Shown: positions 10,665 through 20,900 of the stretch, one piece after another
Layout of the letters: every line of letters starts with the position of its first letter
Numbering within the stretch: the first letter of the stretch is position 1
Origin: Alphaproteobacteria bacterium
GTDB lineage: Bacteria; Pseudomonadota; Alphaproteobacteria; GCA-2731375
Assembly (NCBI GenBank): GCA_965225945.1
Contig: CBDDBZ010000036.1
Location: 64,001 to 128,000, forward strand
Direction: 5' to 3'
Length of the DNA: 64,000 nucleotides
The notes under the pieces: generated by a model
Databases searched by the model: none
Told to the model about the DNA's origin: nothing
Seen by the model: the letters and a program-made list of their open reading frames with translations, nothing else
Program-made: the position numbers and the translations under genes

Positions 10665-11438
10665 ATGCGACTGAAGGGTGATGTCGCAATCGTCACCGGC
10701 GCCGCGTCCGGTATCGGTCGGGCGATCGCATGCCTGTTCGCGGCCGAGGGCGCGCACGTGGTGGTGGCCGATGTGCGCGAGATGCCGCGCGAGGGTGGTG
10801 CGCGGACCATCGACCTGATCCGAGAGGCGGGAGGCAGCGGCGATGCCATCCGCTGCGACGTCACCGAGTGGGCCAACGTCGACGGCCTGGTGGCCGACAC
10901 GGTCGCCTGTCACGGCCGGCTCGACGTCATCGTCAACAACGCCGCCATCGGCCTCGACAAGGCGCTGCTGGAAACCGACGAGGCGGATTGGGACTGCGTG
11001 CTCGACGTCAACCTAAAGGGCGTCTTCTTCGCCTGCTTGGCCGCCGTCCGACGGATGGTGGCGCAAGCGCCGAAGGCGGACGACGTCCGGGGACGGATCG
11101 TCAACATCTCCTCCCAACACGGCATGATCGCCGCCCCCGGAGACATCGCCTACGGCGTCGGCAAGGCCGGCGTCGTCTACCTGACCCGCCAGATCGCCGC
11201 CGATTACGCCCGCCACGGCATCGTCTGCAACGCCGTGGCCCCCGGCAAGATCCTGACCGGCAAGAGCGGCCGCGCCCAGGCACCCGAGGTGATCGCCTAT
11301 TCCGAGGCCCGCACGCCGATGGCCCGGCTCGGCCGGCCCGACGACGTCGCCCACGCGGCGCTCTTCCTCGCCAGCGCCGAGGCGAGCTACATCGCCGGCA
11401 TCAACCTCATGGTCGACGGCGGATGGATGGCCTCGTGA
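10665..11438 (+). CDS. SDR-family oxidoreductase
   Basis: TGAASGIG, NNA, YGVGK. Confidence 0.92.
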   Translation: MRLKGDVAIVTGAASGIGRAIACLFAAEGAHVVVADVREMPREGGARTIDLIREAGGSGDAIRCDVTEWANVDGLVADTVACHGRLDVIVNNAAIGLDKALLETDEADWDCVLDVNLKGVFFACLAAVRRMVAQAPKADDVRGRIVNISSQHGMIAAPGDIAYGVGKAGVVYLTRQIAADYARHGIVCNAVAPGKILTGKSGRAQAPEVIAYSEARTPMARLGRPDDVAHAALFLASAEASYIAGINLMVDGGWMAS

Positions 11439-11512
11439 AGCGCGATTTAACATCTTCCGGCGACGCCATGGTCTGGCCACGACGCCTCGCTCGCCCCTAT
11501 ACTCCGCGCGAT

Positions 11513-11577
11513 CCAAGCTCGTGGGCCAAGCTCGTGGGCCAAGCTCGTGGGCCAAGCTCGTGGGCCAAGCTCGTGGG
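11513..11577. repeat. 13-bp tandem array CCAAGCTCGTGGG x5
   Basis: Five perfect units just upstream of the RBS of the TPR gene. Confidence 0.95.
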
Positions 11578-11599
11578 GTCGAGAGGGGAGCGAGGCGGA

Positions 11600-12052
11600 A
11601 TGTCGAGGCGCGTTGTCTTCGCCCTGGTGACGGGTCTCGCCGTCGTTATTGGCGCTTGTGCCGCCGTGCCGCCCGGGGTGGCCGAGGCCGAGACGCCGCA
11701 GCCGAACCTGGTCGCCGGCGTGCGCGCGCTCGAGGCCCGCGACTTCGAGGCCGCCCGCCGCCAGTTGGAGCGCGCGATCGTCGCCGACCCGAAGAGCTCG
11801 GAGGCCTATTTCAGGCTCGGGCAATCGCATCGCGGGCTGGGCGATCTGGATCGCGCCCTGAAGTACATGCGTCTCGCGCTGCAGATCGAGCCGAACAACT
11901 TCCCCGCTCTCAGCGAGCGTGGTGATACCCTGCTCGCGGCCGGCAAGGTGGAGGAGGCGCGGGCGGCCCTGGCGGACCTGGAAAGCCGCTGCGGCGAGAC
12001 TTGCCCCGAGTCCCAGTCCCTGCAAAAGGCCATCGACGCCCATAAGGAATGA
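11600..12052 (+). CDS. Exported TPR-repeat (lipo)protein
   Basis: Signal peptide with IGAC lipobox-like motif, TPR helices, C-terminal CxxxCxE. Confidence 0.8.
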   Translation: MSRRVVFALVTGLAVVIGACAAVPPGVAEAETPQPNLVAGVRALEARDFEAARRQLERAIVADPKSSEAYFRLGQSHRGLGDLDRALKYMRLALQIEPNNFPALSERGDTLLAAGKVEEARAALADLESRCGETCPESQSLQKAIDAHKE

Positions 12053-12071
12053 CCGCATCCGACACATCGAC

Positions 12072-12111
12072 GGCCAGATGAGGCCAGATGAGGCCGGATG
12101 AAGCCGGATGA
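12072..12111. repeat. 10-bp tandem array (GGCCrGATGA) x4
   Basis: Four slightly diverged units upstream of guaA. Confidence 0.85.
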
Positions 12112-12136
12112 GCGGAGAATGCGATAGCTCGAGGCC

Positions 12137-13681
12137 ATGAGCGAATATGTCCTGATCATCGACTTCGGCTCGCAGGTGACGCAACTGATCGCGCGACGCG
12201 TGCGCGAGAACGGCGTCTATTGCGAGATCGCGCCGTTCGATCGCGCACGCGCGGCGCTAGAACGCCGCCGGCCGAAAGCGGTCATCCTCTCCGGTGGCCC
12301 CGCCTCCGTCACCGAGGCGGCCCCGCCCCGGGCGCCGGGCGAGGTGTTCGAGCTCGGCGTGCCGGTGCTGGGCATCTGCTATGGACAGCAGACCCTCTGC
12401 GCGCAATTGGGCGGCGAGGTCGAGGCCTCGAGCCGGCGCGAGTTCGGCCGCGCCGAGATCGAGGTGATCGCCGCTTCGCCCCTCTTCGACGGCGTCTGGT
12501 CGCCGGGCGGCCGCCAAACCGTGTGGATGAGCCACGGCGATTCCGTGACCCGGCTGCCGGAGGGATTTCGGGTGACGGCGCGGAGCGAGGGCGCCCCTTT
12601 CGCCGTGATCGCCGACGAGGCTCGGCGCTTCTACGGCACCATGTTCCATCCCGAGGTCGTGCACACGCCCGAAGGCGGTCGTCTGCTGCGGAACTTTACC
12701 CACGCCATCGCCGGCTGCGCGGGGACTTGGAGCATGGCGGCGTTCCTCGAGGCCGCGATCGTGCGGGTTCGCGATCAGGTGGGGGCGGCGCGGGTGATCT
12801 GCGGCCTCTCGGGCGGGGTCGATTCCTCGGTAACGGCGGCCCTGCTGCACCGCGCGCTGGGCGATTCGCTCACCTGCGTCTTCGTCGACACCGGCCTGCT
12901 GCGCGAAGGCGAGGCGGCCGAGGTGGTCGAGCTGTTTCGCGATCACCATAACATCCCGCTGATTCACCGGGACGCGAGCGAGGCCTTCCTGGGCGCGCTC
13001 GGTGGCGTCGAGGACCCGGAGGCGAAGCGCAAGATCATCGGCGCCACCTTCATCGACGAGTTCGAGGCGGTGGCGAAAAGCCTCGGCGGGGCCGAGTTCC
13101 TGGCCCAGGGCACGCTCTATCCCGACGTCATCGAATCGGTCTCCTTCACCGGCGGCCCCAGCGTCACGATCAAGAGCCACCACAACGTCGGCGGCCTTCC
13201 GGAACGGATGGCGTTGGATCTGGTGGAGCCGCTGCGCGAATTGTTCAAGGACGAGGTGCGCGACCTCGGGCGCGAGCTCGGCTTGCCGGAAGCTCTGGTC
13301 GGGCGCCATCCGTTCCCGGGGCCCGGCCTCGCCATCCGCGTGCCCGGCGAGATCACCCCCGACAAGCTGGCGACCCTGCGCCGCGCCGACGCGATCTATC
13401 TGGCGGAGATCCGCGCCGCCGGGCTCTACGACGAGATCTGGCAGGCCTTCGCCGTCCTGCTGCCGGTACGTTCCGTCGGCGTGATGGGCGATGCGCGAAC
13501 CTGGGAGCACGCGCTCGCCTTGCGCGCGGTGACCTCGAGCGACGGGATGACGGCGGATTCATACCCCTTCGAGCACGCCTTCCTCGCCCGGGTCGCCACC
13601 CGGATCATCAACGAGGTGGAGGGCATCAACCGGGTGCTCCACGACATCACCTCGAAACCGCCCGGGACCGAGTGGGAATAA
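12137..13681 (+). CDS. guaA: GMP synthase (glutamine-hydrolysing)
   Basis: [39 protein letters not shown]; ends PPGTEWE. Confidence 0.98.
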   Translation: MSEYVLIIDFGSQVTQLIARRVRENGVYCEIAPFDRARAALERRRPKAVILSGGPASVTEAAPPRAPGEVFELGVPVLGICYGQQTLCAQLGGEVEASSRREFGRAEIEVIAASPLFDGVWSPGGRQTVWMSHGDSVTRLPEGFRVTARSEGAPFAVIADEARRFYGTMFHPEVVHTPEGGRLLRNFTHAIAGCAGTWSMAAFLEAAIVRVRDQVGAARVICGLSGGVDSSVTAALLHRALGDSLTCVFVDTGLLREGEAAEVVELFRDHHNIPLIHRDASEAFLGALGGVEDPEAKRKIIGATFIDEFEAVAKSLGGAEFLAQGTLYPDVIESVSFTGGPSVTIKSHHNVGGLPERMALDLVEPLRELFKDEVRDLGRELGLPEALVGRHPFPGPGLAIRVPGEITPDKLATLRRADAIYLAEIRAAGLYDEIWQAFAVLLPVRSVGVMGDARTWEHALALRAVTSSDGMTADSYPFEHAFLARVATRIINEVEGINRVLHDITSKPPGTEWE

Positions 13682-13729
13682 TGACGAGTGGGAATAATGA
13701 CGAGTGGGAATAATGACGAGTGGGAATAA
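13669..13729. repeat. 16-bp tandem CGAGTGGGAATAATGA x3.8 overlapping the guaA stop
   Basis: Read directly; each unit contains GAGTGGGA. Confidence 0.95.
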
Positions 13730-13735
13730 CGGCCG

Positions 13736-13909
13736 TCAGCTCGGCTCGACGAATTGATAGACGGTCGCGAGAACGCCGATGATGGCGATCCAGATCGCGA
13801 GGTCGCGCCAGATTCGGCCGTGCGTCCGCCACTGCATGTAGCAAGCCGGCCCCAGCAGGGCCAACCAGGCGACGAGATAGAGCAGCCGCTGCCAGTCGTG
13901 CTCGACCAT
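13736..13909 (-). CDS. Small two-TM membrane protein (57 aa)
   Basis: MVEHDWQRLLYLVAWLALLG...WRDLAIWIAIIGVLATVYQFVEPS; AGGTG RBS; below ORF-track cutoff. Confidence 0.6.
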   Translation of the reverse strand: MVEHDWQRLLYLVAWLALLGPACYMQWRTHGRIWRDLAIWIAIIGVLATVYQFVEPS

Positions 13910-14063
13910 GTTTCACACCTAGCCTCGAATTTTCTTCTTGTCAGGCTTACCTCACGGCTATAGCACGCGGGAGGGGCGGGCGCGCGCCATGACGGCGGCT
14001 ACGACTTGCCGGAAACCGGGCGCCTATATAGGTTGACGCGGCGCTTCCCAAGGAGAGCGATTC

Positions 14064-14714
14064 GTGGCCGATATCTTCCATGAGATCGACGAGGCGGTAC
14101 GCCACGACCGATTTCAGAAACTCTGGAAGCGGTATGGCGTCTACGTCTATATCGTCGCCGTCGCGCTCGTTCTCGGCACCGGCGGCAAGGCCGCCTGGCG
14201 ACACTATCAGGAGCAGTCGCGCCTCGCCGATTCCCTGCGCTATTTCGAGGCCTCGGCCTTGCTGGCAGCGGAGAAGGAGAGCGCTGCCATCAACGCCTTC
14301 ACCGCGCTCGCGGACGAGGCGGGCGATGGCTACGGCGTGATCGCCCGGCTCCGCGAGGCGGCGGCGCGGGCCGAGCATGGCGACGCGAGCGGCGCCGTCC
14401 TAGCCTATGACCGGCTAGCCGACGACGACGGCGTGGCGTCGCTCTACCGCGATCTCGCCCGCCTCCTGGCGGCGATGCGGCTGGTCGACGAGGGCGCGCC
14501 GGGGGAGGTGGAGAAGCGCTTGGCGCCGCTGTTGGAGGGCGACAATGTCTGGCGACATTCCGCCCGCGAAATCGAGGCCGTCCTGGCACTCCACCAGGGA
14601 CGTCGCCAGGACGCGATCAGCGGTCTCCAGGCGTTGATCGAGGATGGCGACACGCCGACGGGCACGCGGGCGCGGGCCCGACAACTCCTGTCGGCCTTGA
14701 CGGACGGGAGCTGA
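14064..14714 (+). CDS. YfgM-like TPR ancillary translocon subunit
   Basis: DIFHEIDEAVR..LWKRYG, one TM, TPR-like region; conserved yfgM-bamB-der order. Confidence 0.88.
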   Translation: MADIFHEIDEAVRHDRFQKLWKRYGVYVYIVAVALVLGTGGKAAWRHYQEQSRLADSLRYFEASALLAAEKESAAINAFTALADEAGDGYGVIARLREAAARAEHGDASGAVLAYDRLADDDGVASLYRDLARLLAAMRLVDEGAPGEVEKRLAPLLEGDNVWRHSAREIEAVLALHQGRRQDAISGLQALIEDGDTPTGTRARARQLLSALTDGS

Positions 14715-14721
14715 GCGAGCC

Positions 14722-16059
14722 ATGCACGGCGGACGAATTAGCCTTCTCGGGGCCGGCGCCGTTGCGCTGCTATTGCTCGGCGGCTGCGACACGTTGAGCG
14801 ACTGGATGGGTGAATCAGAGGATCCACCGCTTCCCGGTCAGCGGGTCTCGGTGCTCAGGCTGGAGCAGACGCTGGAGCCGGATCCGGGGATCTCGGATCT
14901 CGCGGTGAAGCTGCCGCCGCCGTGGCGCAACGCGGTTTGGCCGCAGGCCGACGGATTTTCCAACCACGCCATGCACCACCTGGAGCTGGGCGGCGAATTG
15001 AAGACCGTCTGGCAACGCGACGCCGGCGAGGGATCGAGCGGCTCGACGCGCCTGCTGTCTCGCCCCGTGGTCGCCGAGGGGCGGGTCTATGTCTTCGATG
15101 CGGAAAGCAACGTGGCCGCCTTCGATGCGAGTGACGGCAAGCCTCTGTGGCGGATCGACCTGACGCCGGAAGAGGAGGATTCGGGCGCGCTCGGCGGTGG
15201 CATCGCCTGGGACGGCGGCCGCATCTTCGCGGCGACGGGTTACGGCGAGGTCGTGGCCCTCGACGCGGCCAGCGGCGAGGTCGTCTGGCACCAGCGGCTC
15301 GGCACGCCCTTCCGCGTGGCCCCGGCGGCGGCCGATGGGCGGGTCTTCGCCATCGGCGTCGACAACCGGACCCATGCGCTGGCCGCCGCCGACGGCCGCC
15401 CGTTATGGGAACATTCGGGCATCGCGGAAGAGGCGGGACTGATCGGCGGTGCCGCGCCCGCGATCGACGGCCCCATCGTCGTCTCCGCCTATTCCTCGGG
15501 CGAGTTGTTCGCGCTCCGGGTGGAAAACGGCCGTCCCATTTGGCAGGACCAGCTCGTTCGGATCGCCCGTTTCACGCCGCTCGCGGTGTTGAGCGAGATC
15601 AGGGGCTCGCCGGTGATCGATCGCGGCCTCGTCATCGCGGTCAGCCATTCGGGCCGCATGGTCGCGGTCGACCTCAGGACCGGCACCCGGGTCTGGGAGA
15701 TCGACGTCGAGGGGGTGGAGACGCCCTGGGTTGCCGGCGACTTCATCTTCACCGTCTCTACCCAGGGCGAAATTCTCTGCATCTCGCGCCGCGACGGGCG
15801 AATTCGTTGGGTGACCCAATTGCAGCGCTTCGAGCAGGAGGACGGCGGCGGCGATCCGGTGCAATGGGCCGGCCCGGTGCTCGCCGGCGATCGGTTGGTG
15901 CTGGTCTCCAGCCACGGCCGGGCGGTGGCGATCTCGCCCTATACCGGCAAGTTGATCGGCCGCCTCCCGCTCGGCGGTGCCGCACTACTGGCGCCGGTGG
16001 TGGCCGACGCGACCCTCTATATCCTGACCGACGACGCCAATCTCGCGGCGCTGCGCTGA
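14722..16059 (+). CDS. bamB: BamB-like PQQ beta-propeller lipoprotein
   Basis: LGGC lipobox, repeated ALD..G..W blades, synteny. Confidence 0.85.
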   Translation: MHGGRISLLGAGAVALLLLGGCDTLSDWMGESEDPPLPGQRVSVLRLEQTLEPDPGISDLAVKLPPPWRNAVWPQADGFSNHAMHHLELGGELKTVWQRDAGEGSSGSTRLLSRPVVAEGRVYVFDAESNVAAFDASDGKPLWRIDLTPEEEDSGALGGGIAWDGGRIFAATGYGEVVALDAASGEVVWHQRLGTPFRVAPAAADGRVFAIGVDNRTHALAAADGRPLWEHSGIAEEAGLIGGAAPAIDGPIVVSAYSSGELFALRVENGRPIWQDQLVRIARFTPLAVLSEIRGSPVIDRGLVIAVSHSGRMVAVDLRTGTRVWEIDVEGVETPWVAGDFIFTVSTQGEILCISRRDGRIRWVTQLQRFEQEDGGGDPVQWAGPVLAGDRLVLVSSHGRAVAISPYTGKLIGRLPLGGAALLAPVVADATLYILTDDANLAALR

Positions 16060-16067
16060 AGCGAACC

Positions 16068-17402
16068 ATGTCCTTCACCGTCGTCATCGTCGGCCGACCG
16101 AACGTCGGCAAGTCGACGCTGTTCAACCGCCTGGTCGGCAGGCGACTGGCGCTGGTCGACGACACCCCCGGCCTCACGCGTGATCGGCGCGAGGGCGAGG
16201 CGCGGCTCGGCCCGCTCGACTTCGCCGTGATCGATACCGCCGGACTGGCGGACGAGAGCGAGGCTTCGCTCGAGGGCCGCATGCGCCTGCAGACCGAGGC
16301 CGCCCTGCTGGAGGCCGATCTGGCGCTGATGGTGATCGACGCGCGCGCCGGCGTGACTCCGCTCGACGCCCACTTCGCCCGTTGGCTGCAACGCCACGAG
16401 ACCCCGATCGTGCTGGTCGCCAACAAGGCGGAGCGGGGCGACGTCGGCGTCGTCCTGGCGGAGGCGCATGGCCTCGGCCTGGGCGAACCGGTGGCGGTTT
16501 CCGCCGCCCATGGGGAGGGTCTGGTCGAGCTGCACGACGCCATCGCCGCCGTCCAGCCCGAGGGCGGGGACGGACGGCGTGAAAACGACCCCGACGCGCC
16601 CTTGCGGCTCGCCGTGCTCGGTCGCCCCAACGCTGGCAAGTCGACCCTGATCAACCACCTTTTGGGGCGCGATCGGATGCTCACCGGGCCGGAGCCCGGG
16701 ATTACCCGCGATGCGATATCGATAGACTGGCTGTGGCGGAACCGTCGCATCCGCCTGGTCGACACCGCCGGCCTCCGGCGCCGGGCGCGGGTGAGCGATC
16801 GGTTGGAGAAGCTCTCGCGCGAGGATGCGATCCGGGCCATGGGCTTCGCCGAACTCGTGGTTCTCTTGACCGAGGCCGTGGCGCCCCTGGAGCGCCAGGA
16901 TCTCGTCATTGCCCGCCAGATCCTGGACGAGGGCCGCGCGCTGGTGGTCGGTCTCGCCAAGTGGGACCTGATCGGGGATCGGGCCGGCGCCATGCGGCTC
17001 GCGGTGGACCGCTCGCAGCGTTCGATCTCCCAGGCCCGCGGGCTCTCGCTCTGTCCCGTCTCCGGCCTCACCGGCGAGGGCGTCGAGGGGCTGATGGCGG
17101 AAATCGTTCGGGTCCACGAACGCTGGTGCCGGCGCTTGCCGACGGCGAGGCTCAATCAGTGGCTGGAGGAGATGATCGCCCGCCATCCGCCACCGCTCAC
17201 GCCGGGCGGGCGGCGCGTGCGGCTGCGCTACATGACGCAGCCCAAGGCCCGGCCGCCGACCTTCGCGATCTTCACCAACCGTCCGGCGGAGTTGCCGGAT
17301 TCCTACCTTCGATTTCTCGGCAACGGTCTGCGCGACGCCTTCGACCTCGACGGCGTGCCGCTCCGCCTCAACTTGCGGCGCGGCGCCAATCCCTACGCTT
17401 GA
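16068..17402 (+). CDS. der: Ribosome biogenesis GTPase Der
   Basis: Two G domains (GRPNVGKS, GRPNAGKS, DTAG) and KH-like C-terminus. Confidence 0.97.
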   Translation: MSFTVVIVGRPNVGKSTLFNRLVGRRLALVDDTPGLTRDRREGEARLGPLDFAVIDTAGLADESEASLEGRMRLQTEAALLEADLALMVIDARAGVTPLDAHFARWLQRHETPIVLVANKAERGDVGVVLAEAHGLGLGEPVAVSAAHGEGLVELHDAIAAVQPEGGDGRRENDPDAPLRLAVLGRPNAGKSTLINHLLGRDRMLTGPEPGITRDAISIDWLWRNRRIRLVDTAGLRRRARVSDRLEKLSREDAIRAMGFAELVVLLTEAVAPLERQDLVIARQILDEGRALVVGLAKWDLIGDRAGAMRLAVDRSQRSISQARGLSLCPVSGLTGEGVEGLMAEIVRVHERWCRRLPTARLNQWLEEMIARHPPPLTPGGRRVRLRYMTQPKARPPTFAIFTNRPAELPDSYLRFLGNGLRDAFDLDGVPLRLNLRRGANPYA

Positions 17403-17546
17403 GGGCGTTCAAGCGGGATTATTTTGGTTCTTCGCGGAATTGCGTGGAAGGGAAGGCGCCTGGTTTCGCCCTTACAACTCATGGTGGAGGAGTCGCCCGG
17501 CGCCACCGGCCACGACATCTTCGCGGGCGGTCGCGGACCAAATAAC

Positions 17547-17784
17547 GGTCGCGGCCCGCCCCGTTTTTCTTTTTCTCTTCTTTAGTGTGTCGAGGGGCCC
17601 TCCAGCTTCGCTTCCGGAGTGTGTCGAGGGGGGCGCTGCGGCGGCGAAAAGGGGCACTCATAGTGCCTCAAAATCGCCCGAAAATGAATGCTTTTCGCCT
17701 AAAATGAATGCTTTTGCTTCGCTCGGAGCCTAAATGACGACCCGAGCGGTGGGTTTCCCGCGGCGCCGGGAGGGCCGGTCTCGT
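17547..17784. repeat. Modular dispersed non-coding repeat, copy B
   Basis: Same ordered blocks as 1902-3314 with fewer tandem units. Confidence 0.8.
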
Positions 17785-17963
17785 TCGCAGGTTTAGGGAT
17801 CAGGTCTTGCATATTGCATTGGCCTGTCGTGGGTGGCGAGGCGTTCCCCGGCGGCCTCCGCGAGGCGGCGCGGACGGCGCGTTCGGAAGTTCCGCTGACG
17901 GGCGCCGCGCCGGAAACTCTCGACGCCCTCTGTGAGCGCGATCGCGCGGAAGGGTTGGCGCGC

Positions 17964-18203
17964 AAAAGGGGTCAGAAAAGGGGTCATTCTGCTTTTTGGG
18001 CCGTTCCGCCGAATAAAGTACAATGAGGGGTCCCTTTTTCCTTTCGGAGGTGGCGGAGCCGGCTGGAGGTGTCGCCGTCGACGTTCTACAGGCATCTGCC
18101 GGGCGGGCGTGGGGCGTCGCAATCAGTGGCCGCGATCCTCGGAATGCGCCTGGGGAAAAGGGGTCATTCTGCTTTTTGGTCCGTTCCGCCGAATAAAGTA
18201 TAA
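17964..18203. repeat. Two copies of a ~60-bp AAAAGGGGTCATT-bounded cassette; copy 2 is completed at 20669-20678 after two IS insertions
   Basis: AAAAGGGGTCATTCTGCTTTTTGGkCCGTTCCGCCGAATAAAGTAyAATGA at 17976 and 18156. Confidence 0.8.
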
Positions 18204-19229
18204 CCTGCTTATCCCTGAAAGTCATCCGGCGATGAGGCGGCGATAGGGCAAGGGCTCGGTGCGTGCGGCGCTATGGACGAAACGCGGGATCATGGTTTCG
18301 AGTTGATAGCGCCGGTTGTAGCGCCAGGCGAAACTGGCGAGGTAGCGCCCGGCGTGATCGGGGCCGAGCTGGCGATAGGTCCCGGTGATCGCGCTCTTGA
18401 TGTTGCCGAGCGTCGTGTTCACCCATTTGAACGGCGCCCTGCGGGCCGCCTGTCGGCCCGACCCGGTGCGGATCGCCTGGTGGCTGCAGGCGGCTTCGTC
18501 GAGTGCGCTCCAGCAGCCCAGGCCGTCCGTCACAACCGCTGCTCCGGGGGCCAGCCAGTGGTTGGCGCCGCGCGCGATCTCGCGCTTGCGGAAGCCCTTG
18601 ACCGGCGCCAGCTTCAGCTTGCGCGGGCGCCCCTCGGGACTGGTCGAGACCGCCGCCACGAAGGGCGTTTTGCCCGCCGCGCCGCGGCCCCGCTTGCCGC
18701 CGGAGCGCACCCCGCCGAGATAGGCGTCGTCCATCTCGACCCGCCCCGTAAGCGCCGTCTCCCCCTCGCGCCGCGCCATCACCGCCATGATCTTGTGCTG
18801 CACGGTCCAGGCCGTCGGCTGCTTGACCCCGAGACGGCGGCCGAGTTCCACCGACGAGATGCCGTTCTTCGCCGTCACGATCAGGTGGATGGCGGCGAAC
18901 CAGAGTGTCAGCGGCAGCTTGGTCGCGTGGAAGATCGTGCCCGCCGTCGGCGATGTCTGCTTCTTGCACCGGTTGCATTGATAGAGACCCCGACCCGCCA
19001 GCACGCAATGCTCCCGATGGCCGCAGCAGGGGCAGACGAAGCCGTCCGGCCAGCGTAGCCGGAGCAGCGCCGTGCGGCACTGCTCCTCGGTGCCGAAGGC
19101 CTCCCGAAACGCCTCGTCGCTCAGACCACGCACGCGCGATGCAACCTTGAACCTCATATCCGTGACCCCCTCATACGGAACATATTGAGAACATATACCT
19201 CCTCGGACGGAGTGTCACGGATAAGCAGG
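18204..19229 (-). mobile_element. IS1595-family element (third type, 1026 bp)
   Basis: TIR CCTGCTTATCC; TSD AAGTATAA at 18196-18203 and 19230-19237. Confidence 0.93.
18222..19157 (-). CDS. IS1595-family transposase
   Basis: RWPDGFVCPCC, VEMDDAYLGG, VTDG, WVNTTLGN. Confidence 0.93.
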   Translation of the reverse strand: MRFKVASRVRGLSDEAFREAFGTEEQCRTALLRLRWPDGFVCPCCGHREHCVLAGRGLYQCNRCKKQTSPTAGTIFHATKLPLTLWFAAIHLIVTAKNGISSVELGRRLGVKQPTAWTVQHKIMAVMARREGETALTGRVEMDDAYLGGVRSGGKRGRGAAGKTPFVAAVSTSPEGRPRKLKLAPVKGFRKREIARGANHWLAPGAAVVTDGLGCWSALDEAACSHQAIRTGSGRQAARRAPFKWVNTTLGNIKSAITGTYRQLGPDHAGRYLASFAWRYNRRYQLETMIPRFVHSAARTEPLPYRRLIAG

Positions 19230-19297
19230 AAGTATAATGGACCGCACCCCTGTCCTGACACAGAGAAATGAGTGACAGTTCTTCCGAGGAGGAACTG

Positions 19298-19756
19298 ATG
19301 GAACGAAAAGGTGCACGGCGTTTCAGCCGAGACTTCAAGCTGTCGGCGCTGGCGCGGATGGAGTCGGGCGAGAACGTCTCGGCGCTGTCACGCGAGCTCG
19401 AGGTCCGGCGCAAGCTGCTCTACGAGTGGCGCGATGCCTACCGAGCGGGCGGCGCGGAGGCCTTGCGCCCGCCCGGCCGGCCCAGAAAGGGAAGCACGGT
19501 CGTCGGAGGGAGGCGGGCGCAAGGCCTCCGCGCCGGGTCCGAAAGTGCTGTTCCGGCGGTCCGGCCGGATGCCCTGAGCCTGGCGCGCCGGCGGATCGCC
19601 GAGCTGGAGCGGAAGGTCGGCCAGCAGGCCTTGGAAGCGGATTTTTTCAGGCAAGCCTTGCGGCTCTCGGAGAGCTGCCGCGGAGCGAACGGTCGCTCTG
19701 GCGGGAGCGCGTCTTCGGCCTCGTCCGGGCCGGGTCGCGGCGGCAAGGCGGATTGA
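19298..19756 (+). CDS. IS3 orfA
   Basis: RRFSRDFK HTH, IAELERKVGQQ coiled coil; T6 possible frameshift site near 19642. Confidence 0.88.
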   Translation: MERKGARRFSRDFKLSALARMESGENVSALSRELEVRRKLLYEWRDAYRAGGAEALRPPGRPRKGSTVVGGRRAQGLRAGSESAVPAVRPDALSLARRRIAELERKVGQQALEADFFRQALRLSESCRGANGRSGGSASSASSGPGRGGKAD

Positions 19757-20634
19757 GCATGGGACGGATGTGCGATCTGATGGGGCTGAGCCGATCGAGC
19801 TTTCACCGCCATTGGCGGGCATCGAGGCCGAGGGCTGAGGAAACGGCGTTACGCGATAAGCTCCAGCGCCTGGCGATCGACAACAAACATTACGGCTATC
19901 GGCGGATCGGGGCGCTGTTGCGGCGCGAGGGCTGGAGCGTCAACCACAAGCGGGTGCTGCGTTTGATGCGCGAGGACAATCTGCTATGCCTGCGTCGACG
20001 GAGCTTCGCGCCGGCTACCACGGACTCGAAGCATAGCTATCGGATCTATCCCAGCCTGGCGCGCCGGTTGGAGACGACGGCCCCCAACCAGCTCTGGGTC
20101 GCCGACATCACCTATGTTCGCTTGCTGGAGGGCTTCGCCTATCTGGCGGTCGTGCTCGATGCGCACAGCCGGCGCGTCATCGGCTGGGCCTTGGCCGATC
20201 ATCTGAAGGCGAGCCTGACGCTGGCGGCCTTGGATATGGCGCTTCTGGAGCGCGAGGTGATCCCCGATGGCCTGGTGCATCACTCCGATCGCGGCGTTCA
20301 ATATGCCTCCGGCGACTACATCGCCCGCCTGGAGGCCCATGGCATCCTGCCCTCGATGAGCCGGATCGCCTGCCCTTACGACAACGCCATGGCGGAGAGC
20401 TTCATGAAGACCTTGAAGACAGAGGAGGTTGAGGGCAGGCCCTACCGGGACATCGCCCACGCCGAGAGCGACATCGCCAGCTTCATCAAAGAGGTCTACA
20501 ACACGCTGTCGCGCTGGCAGACGCGCCTCCACTCGGCGCTTCGATACCTATCACCAGAGGAGTTCGAAAACACCATCATCACCCCAGAGACCGCCGCCCG
20601 GCGGGCGCTGGAAATGACAACCAACTGTCCCTGA
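19753..20634 (+). CDS. IS3 orfB (integrase core)
   Basis: YGYRRI, WVADITY, HHSDRG, DNAMAESF. Confidence 0.92.
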   Translation: MSMGRMCDLMGLSRSSFHRHWRASRPRAEETALRDKLQRLAIDNKHYGYRRIGALLRREGWSVNHKRVLRLMREDNLLCLRRRSFAPATTDSKHSYRIYPSLARRLETTAPNQLWVADITYVRLLEGFAYLAVVLDAHSRRVIGWALADHLKASLTLAALDMALLEREVIPDGLVHHSDRGVQYASGDYIARLEAHGILPSMSRIACPYDNAMAESFMKTLKTEEVEGRPYRDIAHAESDIASFIKEVYNTLSRWQTRLHSALRYLSPEEFENTIITPETAARRALEMTTNCP

Positions 20635-20900
20635 TTCTTTGTGTCATCCAGGGGGTGCACTCCAATAATGACCCTTTTTTCTATGATTGGCCGCCGCCCT
20701 CCCGGCCACGCGACCTGCGGGGACGCGGCGCGCCCATGGCGTCAGCCACCAGGGGTTGGACCCGACACCGGGAGCCACGAGATCTGTGATGATCCCCATT
20801 GGAGGCGGCATGGCACAAGAGGATTTCTGGGGCGCCACCGGGCGCCAGGGACCCTGCCTCGAGCGGCGGTCCGCCGAGCGGGGGAACGGTCTTGATCCTG

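Larger units (their letters stand above)
19238..20664 (+). mobile_element. IS3-family element
   Basis: TG..CA TIRs TGGAnnGCACCCC; TSD ATAA at 19234-19237 and 20665-20668. Confidence 0.93.
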
